DNA of 64,000 bases, taken from Heptranchias perlo. Lineage: Eukaryota. The notes below the pieces were generated by a model. The model was not told the DNA's origin and ran no database searches. It saw only the letters and a program-made list of their open reading frames with translations. The stretch covers positions 127,286,001-127,350,000 of the forward strand of contig NC_090328.1 of assembly GCF_035084215.1 (NCBI RefSeq), read 5' to 3'. Made by a program: the position numbers and the translations under genes. The number at the start of each line of letters is the position of its first letter. Position 1 is the stretch's first letter. Below, piece after piece: positions 14,307-26,961 of this stretch.

Positions 14307-17187
14307 GGGGTCGATTTTAGGATGGCCGAACGGGTGTGTTCGTGGCGGGGGGGCTCCAAAAATTCGCGAGTCCCAGGATGGGTCCGGAGTCCGGTTCCAA
14401 CCCGCCCACTTCCAGGTTCTCCAATGATGCGCGTGCAGCCCACGCATGCGGGACTCCCACCGGCAATTAAAGCTGGCGGGATCCTAATTAAACCAATTAT
14501 TTTGATACTTCAGGTCGTTAGCAGACCTGACTGGGAGGTTATTTTAGGAGGGGTGGGATTTTCATCTAAACTGAGCGTGTTTCCAGTACTGGGGGAAACA
14601 CTCCCAGTTGAAATAGACGTGTTGCAGCCACCAGCCTGTGGGAGCTGCAAAGGTCCATTTGACAGGTGGTGGGGGGAGACCCTCATTGCAGGAGGCCACT
14701 CTGTCGCTTTGGACAAAGTTTGGCCTGCGCTACCGGCCTCATAACACTAAAATTCACCAACTTGCAACCTCAATCCCGTTGTGCAGACACATTTACCTAC
14801 CTTACGGACCCCCTCAAACGTACATCTTCCGGATGGGGGCCGCCATAGCTGCAGTCATGACCTCCTCGGAGGACGAACAGCATCACCAGCCTCGCCGGCC
14901 ACCTCTGACACGAGGAGCTCCACAACACAGTGCTGTGACACATCCTCCTGTACAGCAGAAGGGAGGACAACCACAGAGAGAGATGCGTCGCAGAAGGCAC
15001 TACCCTTGCCACAGGGTCCACAAACCGAGGCTCAGCTTCCTGGACCTCTCTGAGCAGCAGTGCACACGGAGGCTCAGAGACACTCGACATGTAGTCGTGG
15101 ACATCTGCAGCCTCCTTCATGCCGAGCTGCTTCCGGCTGGCCCGAGCACCATCTTCTTACCTGTCGCTGTCAAAGTCACCGATGCCCTCAACAACTTCTC
15201 CTCCGCATCCTTCCAGGGTGCCACCGGGGACATCACCGGCGTCTCTCAGTCGTCTGCACAAAAGAGCCCTGAAAATACACCTGCACCCACTCTGCAGTGA
15301 CACAATGGGCTTCATTTTAGCATCCGCTGTCGGGTGCATTCCTGGCGGGGGGGGCTCTGAAAATCGGGGAATCCACGAGCGGGTCTGGAGCCCGGCTCCA
15401 ACCCGCCCACTTCCGGGCCCCAGTGACGCGCCGACGTGCGCGCGCAGCTCCCGCATATGGGAATCCCGCAGGCAATTGAAGCCAGTGGGATGCCACTTGA
15501 AAATATTTATTGTGCTATTTCAGGTCATTAACTGACCTGATTAAGGGATTATGTGAGGAGGGGTAGGATTTTATAGACAACTGGGACTGTTTCCCAGACT
15601 GGGGGAAACACTCCCAGTTCAAATGGACGTGTTGCAGCTGTCAGCCTGTGGCAGCTGCAAAGATTCATTTGACAGGTGGGGGGGGGGGGGCTGGGGAGAC
15701 CCTCACTCATTGCAGGAGTCCACTCTGTCACTTGGGAAAAAGTTTGGCCTCCACCACCCTCCTCCTGACAAGAAAATTCACCAACTTGCACACTTACCCT
15801 GAGGTCCAGAGACATGTACCTACCTTGCGGACCCTCTCAGATGTATATGCCGTATTGTCTTTCCTGCCAGATGGGGGCCGCTGTAGCTGCAGTCATGACC
15901 TCCTTGGAGGGCGAACAGCATCACCATCCTCACCAGCCTCGCCGTCCACATCTGACACGCGGAGCTCCACAACAGTGCTGTGACACATCCACCTGCACAG
16001 CAGGAGGGAGGGCAACCGCAGAGAAAGATGCGTCGCAGAGGGCACTGCCCTCACCACAGGGTCCACAGACCGAGGCTCAGCTTCCTGGACCTCTGAGCAG
16101 CAGTGGCAGGTTGAGTGAGGCAGTCCTGGTAACATCGAGCCCAATGGGTGGCATCAGGTATGGGTCTTCAAAGTGCTCCTCAGGAAAGGGCATTATTGCA
16201 CAAGCCAGTCAAGAATGGCCAAGATGTGGCAGTAGTGGTGACAATATAATATGTAATATGAGTTGATCAGAAATCAAATATAAGTAAAAAACCGTGACAA
16301 ACCCTCAAACACCCTTGTGCATCCCCTTCATGCTCACGACATGTTTGCCTTGTGCTTCCTGCTGCACAAACATGATGTGTGGCTGCAGCACAAGTAGTGG
16401 CAGGTTGGGAGAGGCTGACCGAGAAAGAGATGCATCAGAGGGTGAATATGAGATAGAGCCATGAGATTTTATGAGGATTGGATTGAGTGGTAGTGGTGGG
16501 ATGAGTACTGGGGAGGTAAGTAAGCGCAGGTAAGATGAGGATGAGCTTTGAGTGGGTGTGAGGAGTGATGTGATAGAGTAGTGTTGGCAGTGCAGAAGGA
16601 GATGTGAGGTGGGAGTGGTGATGTGGCAGACGGAGTGTAGGGGAATGAGTAAGTGTACTCACTTTGGCTGACCTACTTAGGTCATTGAAGCGCCTGCTGC
16701 ACTGTATGCAGGCGCGTTATATGTTGGTGGTGCTGGTGACCTCCTCTGCCACTTCGAGCCAGGCCTTCACAGTGGCAGAGGCAGGCCACTTCCTCCCGTC
16801 CGCCGGGGAGAAGATCTCTGTCTTCCCTTTCCTCCTCCTCCTCCTCCTCCTCCTCACCCCATCCAGTAGGACCTGGAATGAGGCATCAGTAAACCTGGGA
16901 GCAGCCTTTCCCCTGGGCTGCTCCATGCTGTAATTTTGGCTCCTTCCTGCAGCATCAGTCAGTGAAGGACTACCCCTTTAAATAGGACTCCTCCAGCTGA
17001 CAGCCTATGATGCGGGTGCTCGGTCCGCCCGCTGCGCAGCTTTCCAGCGCGAAACCCGGAAAACCAAGGTAAGTGGCTTCAATTTACTTGAAATTGTGTG
17101 GGGAACCCTCCGATTTTACTGGGCGGGTTACCCACGTGCCCAGTCGACCCCCCGCTGCCAACCCACCTCCCTCCTAATATCGGGCCC
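14307..17187. mobile_element. PIF/Harbinger DNA transposon derivative: HARBI1-like transposase N-terminus (+, duplicated) and Myb/SANT gene (-)
   Basis: TTA TSD at 14304-14306 and 17188-17190; 16-nt TIR GGGGTCGATTTTAGGA vs GGGCCCGATATTAGGA; LPVAVKVTDALNNFSSASFQGATGDITGVSQS; MEQPRGKAAPRFTDASFQVLLDGV...KAWLEVAEEV. Confidence 0.85.
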
Positions 17188-17336
17188 TTAGTCTTTGCTT
17201 GTAAGACATAACCGTAGTGTGCTGTAACCCTGAGGCAACATGGGCACCACCAGTAACTTCCTGCACTTGGGAAATCCTGCCATTTTGAAAAAATGCAGGT
17301 TCCTTTCATGTTGTTGTTAGATAGCCATGGTGAAAC

Positions 17337-17694
17337 CATCCACAGGATGCACTGCAGCAACTCGCCAAGGCTTCTTCGACAGCACCTCCCAAACCCGCGA
17401 CCTCCACCACCTAGAAGGACAAGGGCACCAGGCACATGGGAAGAACACCACCTGCACGTTCCACTCTAAGTCACACACCATCCCGACTTGGAAATATATC
17501 GCCGTTCCTTCATTGTCGCTGGGTCAAAATCCTGGAACTCCCTTCCTAATAGCACTGTGGGAGAACCTTCACCACAGGGACAGCAGCAGTTCAAGAAGGC
17601 GGCTCACCACCACCTTCTCAATGGCAGTTAGAGATGGGCAATAACTGCTAGCCTCACCAGCGACGCCCACATCCCATGAACGAATAAAAAAAAA
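17337..17694 (+). mobile_element. 3' fragment of LINE family B
   Basis: Collinear with the 3' end of 51902-54937, ends GAACGAATAAAAAAAA. Confidence 0.88.
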
Positions 17695-17934
17695 TGATGT
17701 TATTGCTTGCTCTGGCAAACCAGGCATCACTCAACTGCTTGACACATCAGTGAACTGCAGATTGACTGATTTTGCTGATATCCCATGTGCCATCCAGAAA
17801 TGAGCCTGAGACATAAAAGTTAAGAACTGTGATGACCCAGCATTTGGCTGTGCAGTGCCCATGGAAGAGTCTGGCTGGAGGTCACATTGCAGCATGTGGA
17901 ACTTCTCTGTCGCAGCCTTTCTAATGAAACATAA

Positions 17935-18112
17935 CCCAAGAAAGAAGCAAACTTTTATATATACAGTGCCGTTCTGTCCTTAGGATGTCCCAAAGCACTT
18001 TATAGCTGATCAATTATTTTTGTAGTGTAGTCACTGTCAGCAAATGCAGCAGCCAATTTGGACACAGAAAATTCCCACAAACAGCAAATGAGATAAATGG
18101 CCAGATAATTTT
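17935..18112 (-). mobile_element. 3' part of SacSINE1/DeuSINE-like SINE
   Basis: Matches the 3' half of 56495-56958 (CAAATTGGCTGC...CAGTGACTACACT...TTTGGGACATCC). Confidence 0.65.
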
Positions 18113-18216
18113 GAAAACAGACTTCCTCAGACAAGTCCCGTTAAGTCCGGGTATGAGGATAATGGATGGTGTGGGCTGTCTGCACCTTAAATAATCTCAT
18201 CTGTCTGACATTTCTA

Positions 18217-18826
18217 TTTTTTTTTTATTCGTTCACGGGATGTGGGCGTCGCTGGCAAGGCCAGCATTTATTGCCCATCCCTAATTGCCCTCGAGAAGGT
18301 GGTGGTGAGCCGCCTTCTTGAACCGCTGCAGTCCGTGTGGTGACGGTTCTCCCACAGTGCTGTTAGGAAGGGAGTTCCAGGATTTTGACCCAGCGACAAT
18401 GAAGGAACGGCGATATATTTCCAAGTCGGGATGGTGTGTGACTTGGAGGGGAACATGCAGGTGGTGTTGTTCCCATGTGCCTGCTGCTCTTGTCCTTCTA
18501 GGTGGTAGAGGTCGCGGGTTTGGGAGGTGCTGTCGAAGAAGCCTTGGCGAGTTGCTGCAGTGCATCCCGTGGACGGTACACACTGCAGCCACGTGCGCCG
18601 GTGGTGAAGGGAATGAATGTTTAGGGTGGTGGATGTGGTGCCAATCAAGGGGGCTGCTTTGTCCTGGATGGTGTCGAGCTTCTTGAGTGTTGTTGGAGCT
18701 GCACTCATCCAAGCAAGTGGAGAGTATTCCATCACACTCCTGACTTGTGCCTTGTAGATGGTGGAAAGGCTTTGGGGAGTCAGGAGGTGAGACACTCGCC
18801 GCAGAATACCCAGCCTCTGACCTGCT
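18217..18826 (-). mobile_element. 5'-truncated LINE family B copy
   Basis: YKAQVRSVMEYSPLAWMSAAPTTLKKLDTIQ; poly(A) tail at ~18217. Confidence 0.9.
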
Positions 18827-19315
18827 CGTCTCCTTGAACTAAATAACATAAATGTAATGGGATTCCCATAGGGAAATTCACTGTGCAAATTGCACTAACT
18901 GAAAATGGCAATGACAACCTTCTTGACACAGTCAAGAAAAACATTGGCCTCAAATAAATAGTAAAAACATTCCTTTTCCACGGCCCCCTTAAATTATTCT
19001 CACAAAAATGGCAGTTCCCAACACTAGCAATCTATGATACTCATTTTATTTGGGCAGATGTTGAATTCCTAGCATGAAGGCCAGGAATCTGGGTGCGTGC
19101 TCATTTGAATATATTAAACGACCATTAGCATACTTAAATGGGGCTCTCACCTGAGCAACAGTTTCTCACAACAGTGTCCTGTCCAACTTTAATTTACATC
19201 GATTGAATGAAGATCTGGTGAGAACAATCTCCACCAGCAGGAGTGTAAATATACTGTAATTTCACTATGGAATACCTACATCTACACGTGCACAAGAACC
19301 TGTTATGGAAACATA

Positions 19316-20021
19316 GGCCTAGAAATTCGGGAACTAACCAGCCTACTAAGCTCCCAATATGGTGGGCAGGAGTGCACATTGGGAACATTTAAAGGCCTGA
19401 ATAATTTATTCAAATTAGGGTCCTGCGCGTCTTGCAGGAGCCATTTTTGATTTTCGAATGACCCAGCGCTTCACTCGCCAAGTGCGGAACTCACACAGCA
19501 TACTTGCTTGAATGTGGAGATGGGAGGAGCAGGAGTGCTCCTCCTGACCCCACATTAAAAGAACGCGGGCCGCTTCCTCAACCCGGCCACCATTCTCCTC
19601 CCTCCGCCCCGAACCCCCCACCTCCCCGATAACCAATCACTCCCTCCAGCCGCCGATCGCTCCCCTAGCCACCAGTACCTCCCGATGCAATCCCCCACCC
19701 TTCCCGGACCCGATCGTCCAGCCTCCCGGACCCGATCGCCCAGCCTCCCGGACCCGATCGCCCACCCTTCCGGACCCGATCGCCCACCCTTCCGGACCCG
19801 ATCGCTCACCCTTCCTCACTTACCTGAGGGCCACAGCGATACCAGCAGCGGCCCGATCTTCAATTACGCTTTGCTGGCAGCTCTGTGCAGCTCGCCGGCT
19901 CCGTCGAAATGAGGTCTGAGGCTTAATATCAGGAGTGCCTTCAACCTCACCATTCAGGTGCAAGGATTGTGCCCTGCGCGCCCCCAACGCCCAAAAATTG
20001 GCACATGTGAATTTCTAGGCC
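19316..20021. mobile_element. MITE with 13-bp perfect TIRs
   Basis: GGCCTAGAAATTC at 19316-19328 and GAATTTCTAGGCC at 20009-20021. Confidence 0.75.
19703..19812. repeat. 22-bp tandem repeat x5 inside the MITE
   Basis: Unit (C/T)CCGGACCCGATCGCCCA(C/G)CCT, directly abutting copies. Confidence 0.9.
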
Positions 20022-20204
20022 AAACACACCCAGTAGCAATAAAAACTGGCCCATCTGTTATTAAGCGCATTCATTGTACATGAGAGTTATGAGCCGAGTA
20101 TTTTGAGAAAATAACATTACTACCGTTACATTTTTCTCAAATTTTACAAATTCACCATCATGTGACAAATATAGATTCTGAAAATTTACATAACTGTATC
20201 GTAC

Positions 20205-20352
20205 CAATTATATTTTTTCTTTTCTTTTCTAGTTTGGACTCAATTATCTCTTGCGTCCTTGCCGATGATGTTTGAGCGGAAAAGTTGATGTAAACCGGGA
20301 CATAGCCAGCCTCATCTTGGATTACATTCAGCAAGCTTCGTGCAACCACAGA
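20205..20352 (-). CDS. DNAH6: DNAH6 exon (SVVARSLLNVIQDEAGYVPVYINFSAQTSSARTQEIIESKLEKKRKNIIG)
   Basis: 148 nt, CAG acceptor, GTACGA donor, phase 0/1; NFSAQTSS motif. Confidence 0.94.
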
Positions 20353-21266
20353 CTGTAATAAGAATAAAAATGTTTATGAAAGTATCTACCAAATCTTTCA
20401 AAATGTAAAGATTACTCACCTAATAAGTGAATGTGTCTAATAAAAAATGTAAATAAACTGTAGCCCAGTGGTGTTGTGCCAATTTTAGAAGTGCACATCT
20501 AGGCAGATCTGGGTGGGGGGGATGCTCCCCAGAAAAATTGCTTTTTAACCTTTTGCAACTTTTGCAGTAGAATATATTACATTCTTTAGTGCAAAATGCA
20601 CCAAATGCTGCACTGTTTACTGGCCAGAAGGAAAATGTGCTTGAAAACTGAATCCAAAGCGTCTGCAGAGCTCCAAAGCCATCAGGGTCCTATTTAACAT
20701 AAGTATGTTGGATCTTGATGACACCATCGAGACTTGACTGCAATTTTTACTCGGAGGACTGAGCAGAAAACAACAGTGAGTTTCCTGCCAGGCTAACCCA
20801 GTGAAGAAGTGGATCGGGGCCAGAAGAGGACCACACGCAAATTTTAGGTCTGCCCTGCCGCAATTTTAACTCCCTCCCAATCGTTGGGACCCCTGTGGAA
20901 GTGGTGGGCAGCTAGTCTCAGCGGGCAGCCTCCGGTCCATGCAATTTCCCGCATCTTCCCACCAGATACAACGACTATGGAGTTGTTGACTAATCATAAG
21001 CAATCAATTTCTATCAATTAGTCTACAACAGACCCAGAAATGACACGAGGGAAATTCCAGTGGTGGAGAGCTTTGGGAACCATCCAAAGTCACGTCCCAA
21101 GCATGTTACACTTGCCACGTCATATCTCAAATTACTCATACTGTGTCCCAAATTGTTATTTTCTGAAAGAAATCTAATTTGTATTTGAATTAATCAATAC
21201 TAACTGCTTCTACCATCGCTTTAGGGTGTCTGTTTCATAGATTGACCACACACTCACTGAAATATT

Positions 21267-21914
21267 GGCCTCGATTAACCGCGCCCCCCAATGGGCGGGA
21301 GAGGGTCGGTGTGGGTGTTAAAATATCAGGATCGAGCAACCGGACCCCATTCCTGGCTGTTGAAATTTTAACAAAGACAAATCAGGCCATCGGCGAGGAT
21401 CCCGCAAAATGCAGGCTGGGCCTTAATTAACATTCAATAATCGTGGCCTGACGACATCATCGGCACCACAACTTTTGTAATTGAAGGGGATTCCCAGCAG
21501 CAGATTCAAGGCGGAAAGCACCGACTGTCCAAAGTAAGTGCTAACGATCAGCTCCTTTTAGCACTCCTTGTGGACCAGGAAGGAGCAGAAGTCCTCCCCC
21601 GCAGGCCTCCCCCAGCCCCAACTCTGTTCCCCAATCCTTCTGCTTCCCCCCACAAACCCCCCCACCCCCGCCAACCCCAATGGTGGCTCGGAGCTTCTGC
21701 TTTCCTCCCTACTGACCGCTTCCAACCACTTGTTACAGCCAGCCAAATTGACCGCCCGTCGGCCAGGCTGTCAATTTGGCCGGCTGTCAGGTGGGAGTCT
21801 GCAGAACATTATTTAAATGAGGCCCTGCCGATCCACGACCCTGACCTTGCCAGGTTCTTCCCACATTTCCAGACTCAACCGCACCCTCCCCAACTCCCCA
21901 TTAATATCAGGGCC
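21267..21914. mobile_element. GC-rich MITE inserted in an old CR1 3' fragment
   Basis: 3-bp TSD ATT at 21264-21266 and 21915-21917; GGCC termini; left part similar to 48692-49347. Confidence 0.65.
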
Positions 21915-23261
21915 ATTGTTCCCGCAGATTAGTTTTGAATTTACCCACCTTCAAGTGCAGGCCATATCCTCTGGTTCTACTGTCCGGACTGGGTGAAATA
22001 GCTAGTCATGGTCTACATTATCTAGCCCCTTTAGAATCCTAAGAACAGCAATCATTTCACCTCTCATCTTTCCTTTCTCCTTCATTGCCATTCATTTTAT
22101 CTCCATGACCCTTTCCCTCTCCTTCTACCCCAGGGCTGCTCCTATCTCAGTGCTACCACCAATGGACAGGAAAACAACTCTTTCCCCTCAGTACTACTCC
22201 CTTGCACTGCTGCTGCAGGGATCCCCGTCTTGGCATACTGGAGGTAGAACACTCTCAGATCATTTAGTGGTGAATAAAGTTAATTTAATACATCTTTGAA
22301 TTCTTTTTCTCTCGAGAGTTTCCACTCACAGAGCACTGGAGAGCAGACTGAGAGACGGTCCAGTCAATTAGTGGCAGCGGCACTCAGAGAGCACCACTGA
22401 TGCTAGTGGGGCCTGCTCTCGTTTATTAATGGCAACAACACTCGGAGTGGCACTGACTATTAGCAGCAGCATCACTTGGGGAACAGCGCTGAGGCGAGAG
22501 GGGCCTGTTGCTATCTAGTAGAAGCAGCAGCACTCAGCAAGCAATACTGAGGGGAGAAGTGTACGTTGTCACTTTCAGCGGCAGAAAGGTCAGCTTATGC
22601 CTCTCTCCTGAAATTAGAAATGGGAATACAGTGTACACTACTGACTATACCACCTGCTGTAGCATCACCAAAACAAACTTATTGGGAAGAGATAAAATAC
22701 GCAAGATATTGATTTTAATAAATAATTCGATATCAAGAAGCATCTGAGCAGTAGCTTGTGGAAGTCAATGCATCAGCGATCTTCGCGTACTTTCAGGTTA
22801 TTTAACAGTGAATAAAATTAATTTAATACAACATTGAATTATTTTGCTGTATTTCTAAGCAAAGGATTGCTTCATTTTAATCACTGGATAAAGTTCATTT
22901 CTTAATACTTTATTCTTTGCTTTCCTAAGACTACATAACTGAATTTACAGATGGTCTGCCGCTCATCACTCCATGCATCCAAACTTTTAGTAACAAATTA
23001 AATGATGATGAAACGTATCAATGAAAACTTATTGATACGATACAATGAATTCTCAGCAGGTGCATCGGGGTGCAGTAAGTCAGTACATCAGCTGTGCACC
23101 AACCTTGCTGCATGAGCTGGTACGGAAGTGGAGAACTAAATATAAGGTAATAATCAGTTTTATTCATCAATCAAAATGAAAAATAATCCTCTTCTTAGTA
23201 AAATAATTAAATGAAGTGTAAAATGAACTTTACCGACTGTTAAATGGCCTGCAATAGAGCA

Positions 23262-25052
23262 GTAGAAGCACCAGAGAAAGTGCAAAAAAGATTTACAAGG
23301 ATGATAAAGAAATAATTCATAATTCTCATCAAATATACATTCCTTGAGGAATAAAATCTCAGAGGGAACAGTGATCCAACCATGGCTAACTAGAGAAGTT
23401 AAGGATAGTATTAGATTAAAAGAAGAGGCTTACAATGTTGCCAAAAAGTGTAGCAAGCCAAGGGATTGGAAGGGATTTAGACATCAGCACTGGATGACCA
23501 AGAAATTGATAAAGAGGGAGAAAACTGAATGTGAGAGTAAACCAGCAAGAAATATAAAAACAGATTGTAAGAGTTGCTACAAATATGTAAAAAGGAAGAG
23601 ATTAGCGAAAGTAAACATGGGATGAGGGGACCGAGCGTTATGTATCCAAGTTTGCTGATGATACAAAGCTAGGTGGGAAAGTAAGTGGTGAGGAGGATGC
23701 AAAGAGAGTGCAAAGGGATATAGACAGGTTAAATCAGTGGGTGAGAAGGTGGCAAATGGAGTATAATGTGGGGAAATGTGAAATTATCTACTTGGTAGGA
23801 AGAATAGAAAAGCACAATATTTTTTGAAAGGTAAGAGACTAAGAAATGTTGGTGTTCAGAAGGATTTGACTGTCCTTGTACACGAATCACAGAAAGTTAA
23901 CATGCAGGTACAGCAAGCAATTAGGAAGGCCAATGGTATGTTAACCTTTATTGCAAGGGGGTTAGAGTATAAGATTAAGGGGGTCTTGCTGCAATTATAT
24001 AGGGCTCTGGTGAGATCACACCTGGAGTACTGTGTACAGTTTTGGTCTGCTTACCTAAGGAAGGATATACTTGCCTTAGAGGGGGAACAATGAAGATTCA
24101 TTAGATTGATTCCTGGGATGAGAAGGCTGTCCTATGAGGAGAGGTTGAGTAGAATAGGCCTGTAGTCTCTGAAGTTTAGAAGAATGAGAGGTGATCTCAT
24201 TGAAACGTATAAAATTCTTGGAGGGCTTGAGAGGTTAGATGCTAAGAGGCTATTTTCCCTGGCTGGAGAATCTGTAACTAGGGTTTATAGTCTCAAGATA
24301 AGAGGTCAGCCATTTAGGATCAAGATGATGAAAAATTTCTTCACTCAGAGGATTGTGAATCTTTGGAATTCTCTACCTCAGAGGGCTGAGTCATTGAGTA
24401 TATTCAAGACTGCGATCTATCGATTTTTGGACACTAGGAGAATCAAGGGATATGAGGATAGGGCGGGAATGTGGGGTTGAAGTAGAAGATCAGCCATGAT
24501 CTTAATGAATGGTGGGGCAGGCTCGAGGGGACATATGGCCTACTCCTGCTCCTATTTCTTATGTTCTTATGATACCAGAACTGAGAGGGTATAACTGTCA
24601 GGAAAGACTGAACAGACTGGGGCTCTTTTCTCCAGAAAAGAGAAGACTGAAAGGTGACCTAATAGAGGTTTTTTAAATTATGAAGGGGTTCAATAGGGTA
24701 GATGTAGACGTAGAGATGTTTCCACTTGTGGGGGAGACCAAAACTAGTGACCATAAATATAAGATAGTCACTAATAAATCCAATAAGGAATCTGGGAGAA
24801 ACTTCTTTACTCAGAAAGTGATTAGAATGTGGAACTCGCTGCCACAAGAAGTAGTTGAGGCAAATGGCACAGATACACTTAAGGGGAAGCTAGATAAATA
24901 CATGAGGGAGAAAAGAATAGAAGGATATGTTGATAGGGTGAGATGAAGTAAATAAAGTGGGAGGAGGTTTGTTTGGAGCATAAACACTGGCATAGATCTG
25001 TTGGGCCGAACGTCCTGTTTCTGTGTTGTAAATTCTATGTAATTGTATGTAA
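23262..25052 (+). mobile_element. Nested CR1 pair: host CR1 3' fragment (23262-23306 and 24572-25052) interrupted by an internally deleted CR1 (23307-24571)
   Basis: Host reads AGATTTACAAGGATGATA|CCAGAACTG across the insert; ATGATA duplicated at 23301-23306 and 24569-24574; each element has its own tail. Confidence 0.8.
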
Positions 25053-25559
25053 TAGAAAGAGCGGGTAACTTAAAAGTAAAACATTCAGAGAACACTCAAA
25101 ATAGATATTGTAAAAGCAAGGCTACTTTGTTTTCTTTTCCTTTTACACCACTAAGCATGGGTGAGCTAATGTACAATTTTACAGAACAAGAAACTTAGCC
25201 TTTTATATATGTAGAATAGGGAATAGCTGGGAGTTATTTCCAAGCAGTAAGCCTTTAAGGGGTTCAGATGGCATTGTTAACTGAGAAATGCAGTAGCAAG
25301 GATTTCATCCCTGGACTAGCTACAAAATACTTAAGTCAGGATATTTCTCGGAGCTACTCCCGCTCCGCTGGCAAAACTTTGCCAAAAGTGTGACAGAAAA
25401 CCGCTTGACGCACATAAATGGAATTTCTGCCACTCTTCAGGCGAAGTTATTCTAGCATGAGCGGGAGCAGCTCTGAGGAATTTCCTGGCCTTAGCTAATG
25501 GAAAGGCAAAGGCACACTCCAGCTCATCGGGGGAAGGGCTCGTCTTAAGGGTGAGCCTC

Positions 25560-26782
25560 AGATACTAGGGGATTGCTGCACTGTCGGATAGCACGTCTGC
25601 CCTCTCAGGAGGATGTAAACTATCCCACAGCATTATCCGAAGAAGAGTACGGCAGTTCCCCTGGTGTCCAGGCCAACATTCATCCCTTAATCAACATAAT
25701 TAAAAAGAGATTATCTGGCCATTTTTCTCATTGTTGCTTGTGGGACCTTGTTGTGCACAAATTGGCTTCCACATTTACCTACAGGCCAAATTTTAACCCT
25801 GCCCATCTGAAGCGCACTTCCCGCTACATTCCCAACATGCTCTTGCTCACCGCCATTTTAACCGTGCCGCTTTCAGGAAAGGCTGCAGCCACATGATTAT
25901 ATTAAAATTGGAGACCTGTGACAGAATTAGGACCCCCTTTGCAATTTTAATTCAAAATCACGGAAGTCCCACCGCATGCTTGACCCACTAGTAAAACCTA
26001 ACAGGATTGGTGTTTCAGAGCCACTGAAGCTGTATGTAAAGGGGCACTCAACTGCAGGTCAATGGATAATAGGATCTCTTTGCTGTCTCGTTTGCCAGGA
26101 GAGTGTCCAGCTTCCAGATAATTCTTTCCCACATTCTCTACCTTATCACCCTCAGAAAGCTTTCGGTTCTTATTATGGGTGCTGTTATTGGCAGTTTCTT
26201 CTGAATGGAGGAACACTTGGAGGAAGAGAAGCAGCAACTGCAGAGGCAGCCTCAACAGACTCTGCAACCAGCAACAACAGCAGCTGTGCCGATCAGAAGA
26301 GAGCAGGTGAGGGAAGCTGCATGTAGAAGACCCTATCCAGCACACAGGGTGTACAGGCTGAGTCACTTGCTTGGATCTATCGGAAGAGCAGTGCAGCAGT
26401 CGGTTGCGCTTCTTCAGCCAAGTCACAGACCTCTGCAGCCTCCTGCAACAGGACCTCCTGCCTGCTGGACCAGGGGACCATGCATTGCCAGTGGCTCCTT
26501 TCAGTCTGCTACAGGGGACCATCAGCCGGATCTCCTAGTCTGCAAGTACACAGCTGCACTAAGCAAGTTGTTGACACCCTGTTTGCTAAGGCTCAGCAGT
26601 TAATATTGTCCGGGTCTCATGCCAATGCGTCATGGGGGCTTCCCACCTGCCCGATGTCACGAGTTAAAATCAGGGCTTACATTATAACAGTGACTACACT
26701 TCAAAAGTACTTCACTGGCTGTGTAGCATTTTGGGATGTCCTGAGATAATGAAAGACACTTCATGATGCAAGTTCTTTCTTT
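25560..26782 (+). mobile_element. SacSINE1/DeuSINE-like SINE split by a Harbinger-derived insert
   Basis: SINE body CAAATTGGCTTCCACATTTACCTAC resumes as ATTATAACAGTGACTACACTTCAAAAGTAC after the insert. Confidence 0.7.
25783..26677. mobile_element. Non-autonomous PIF/Harbinger element with transposase remnant
   Basis: 3-bp TSD TAC (25780-25782, 26678-26680); imperfect TIRs; RRPYPAHRVYR and IASGSFQSATGD in ORF 26205..26603. Confidence 0.7.
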
Positions 26783-26961
26783 ATGTGATTCCTTTGAAAT
26801 TTATTGATAATTGATTACTAGAAAATAATGGCAAGTAAATGTTATAATGACCTATAATAGCCCTGTTGTGAAATCACTTTTAACAAATTATAATCTTGTT
26901 TATACAAACTTAGAAAAGATAAACCCTTTTCACTTCAGTCAATTATCCTTACAGATGATAA

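Noticed and set aside
14638-15300. Possible domesticated HARBI1 gene
   Set aside because: Only the N-terminal region is present, the DDE core is absent, and it lies within TIRs and a TTA TSD, so it is a transposon remnant.
19703-19812. Regular 22-bp repeats resembling a CRISPR array
   Set aside because: Units abut directly with no unique spacers, there are no cas genes, the context is eukaryotic, and it lies within a TIR-bounded MITE.
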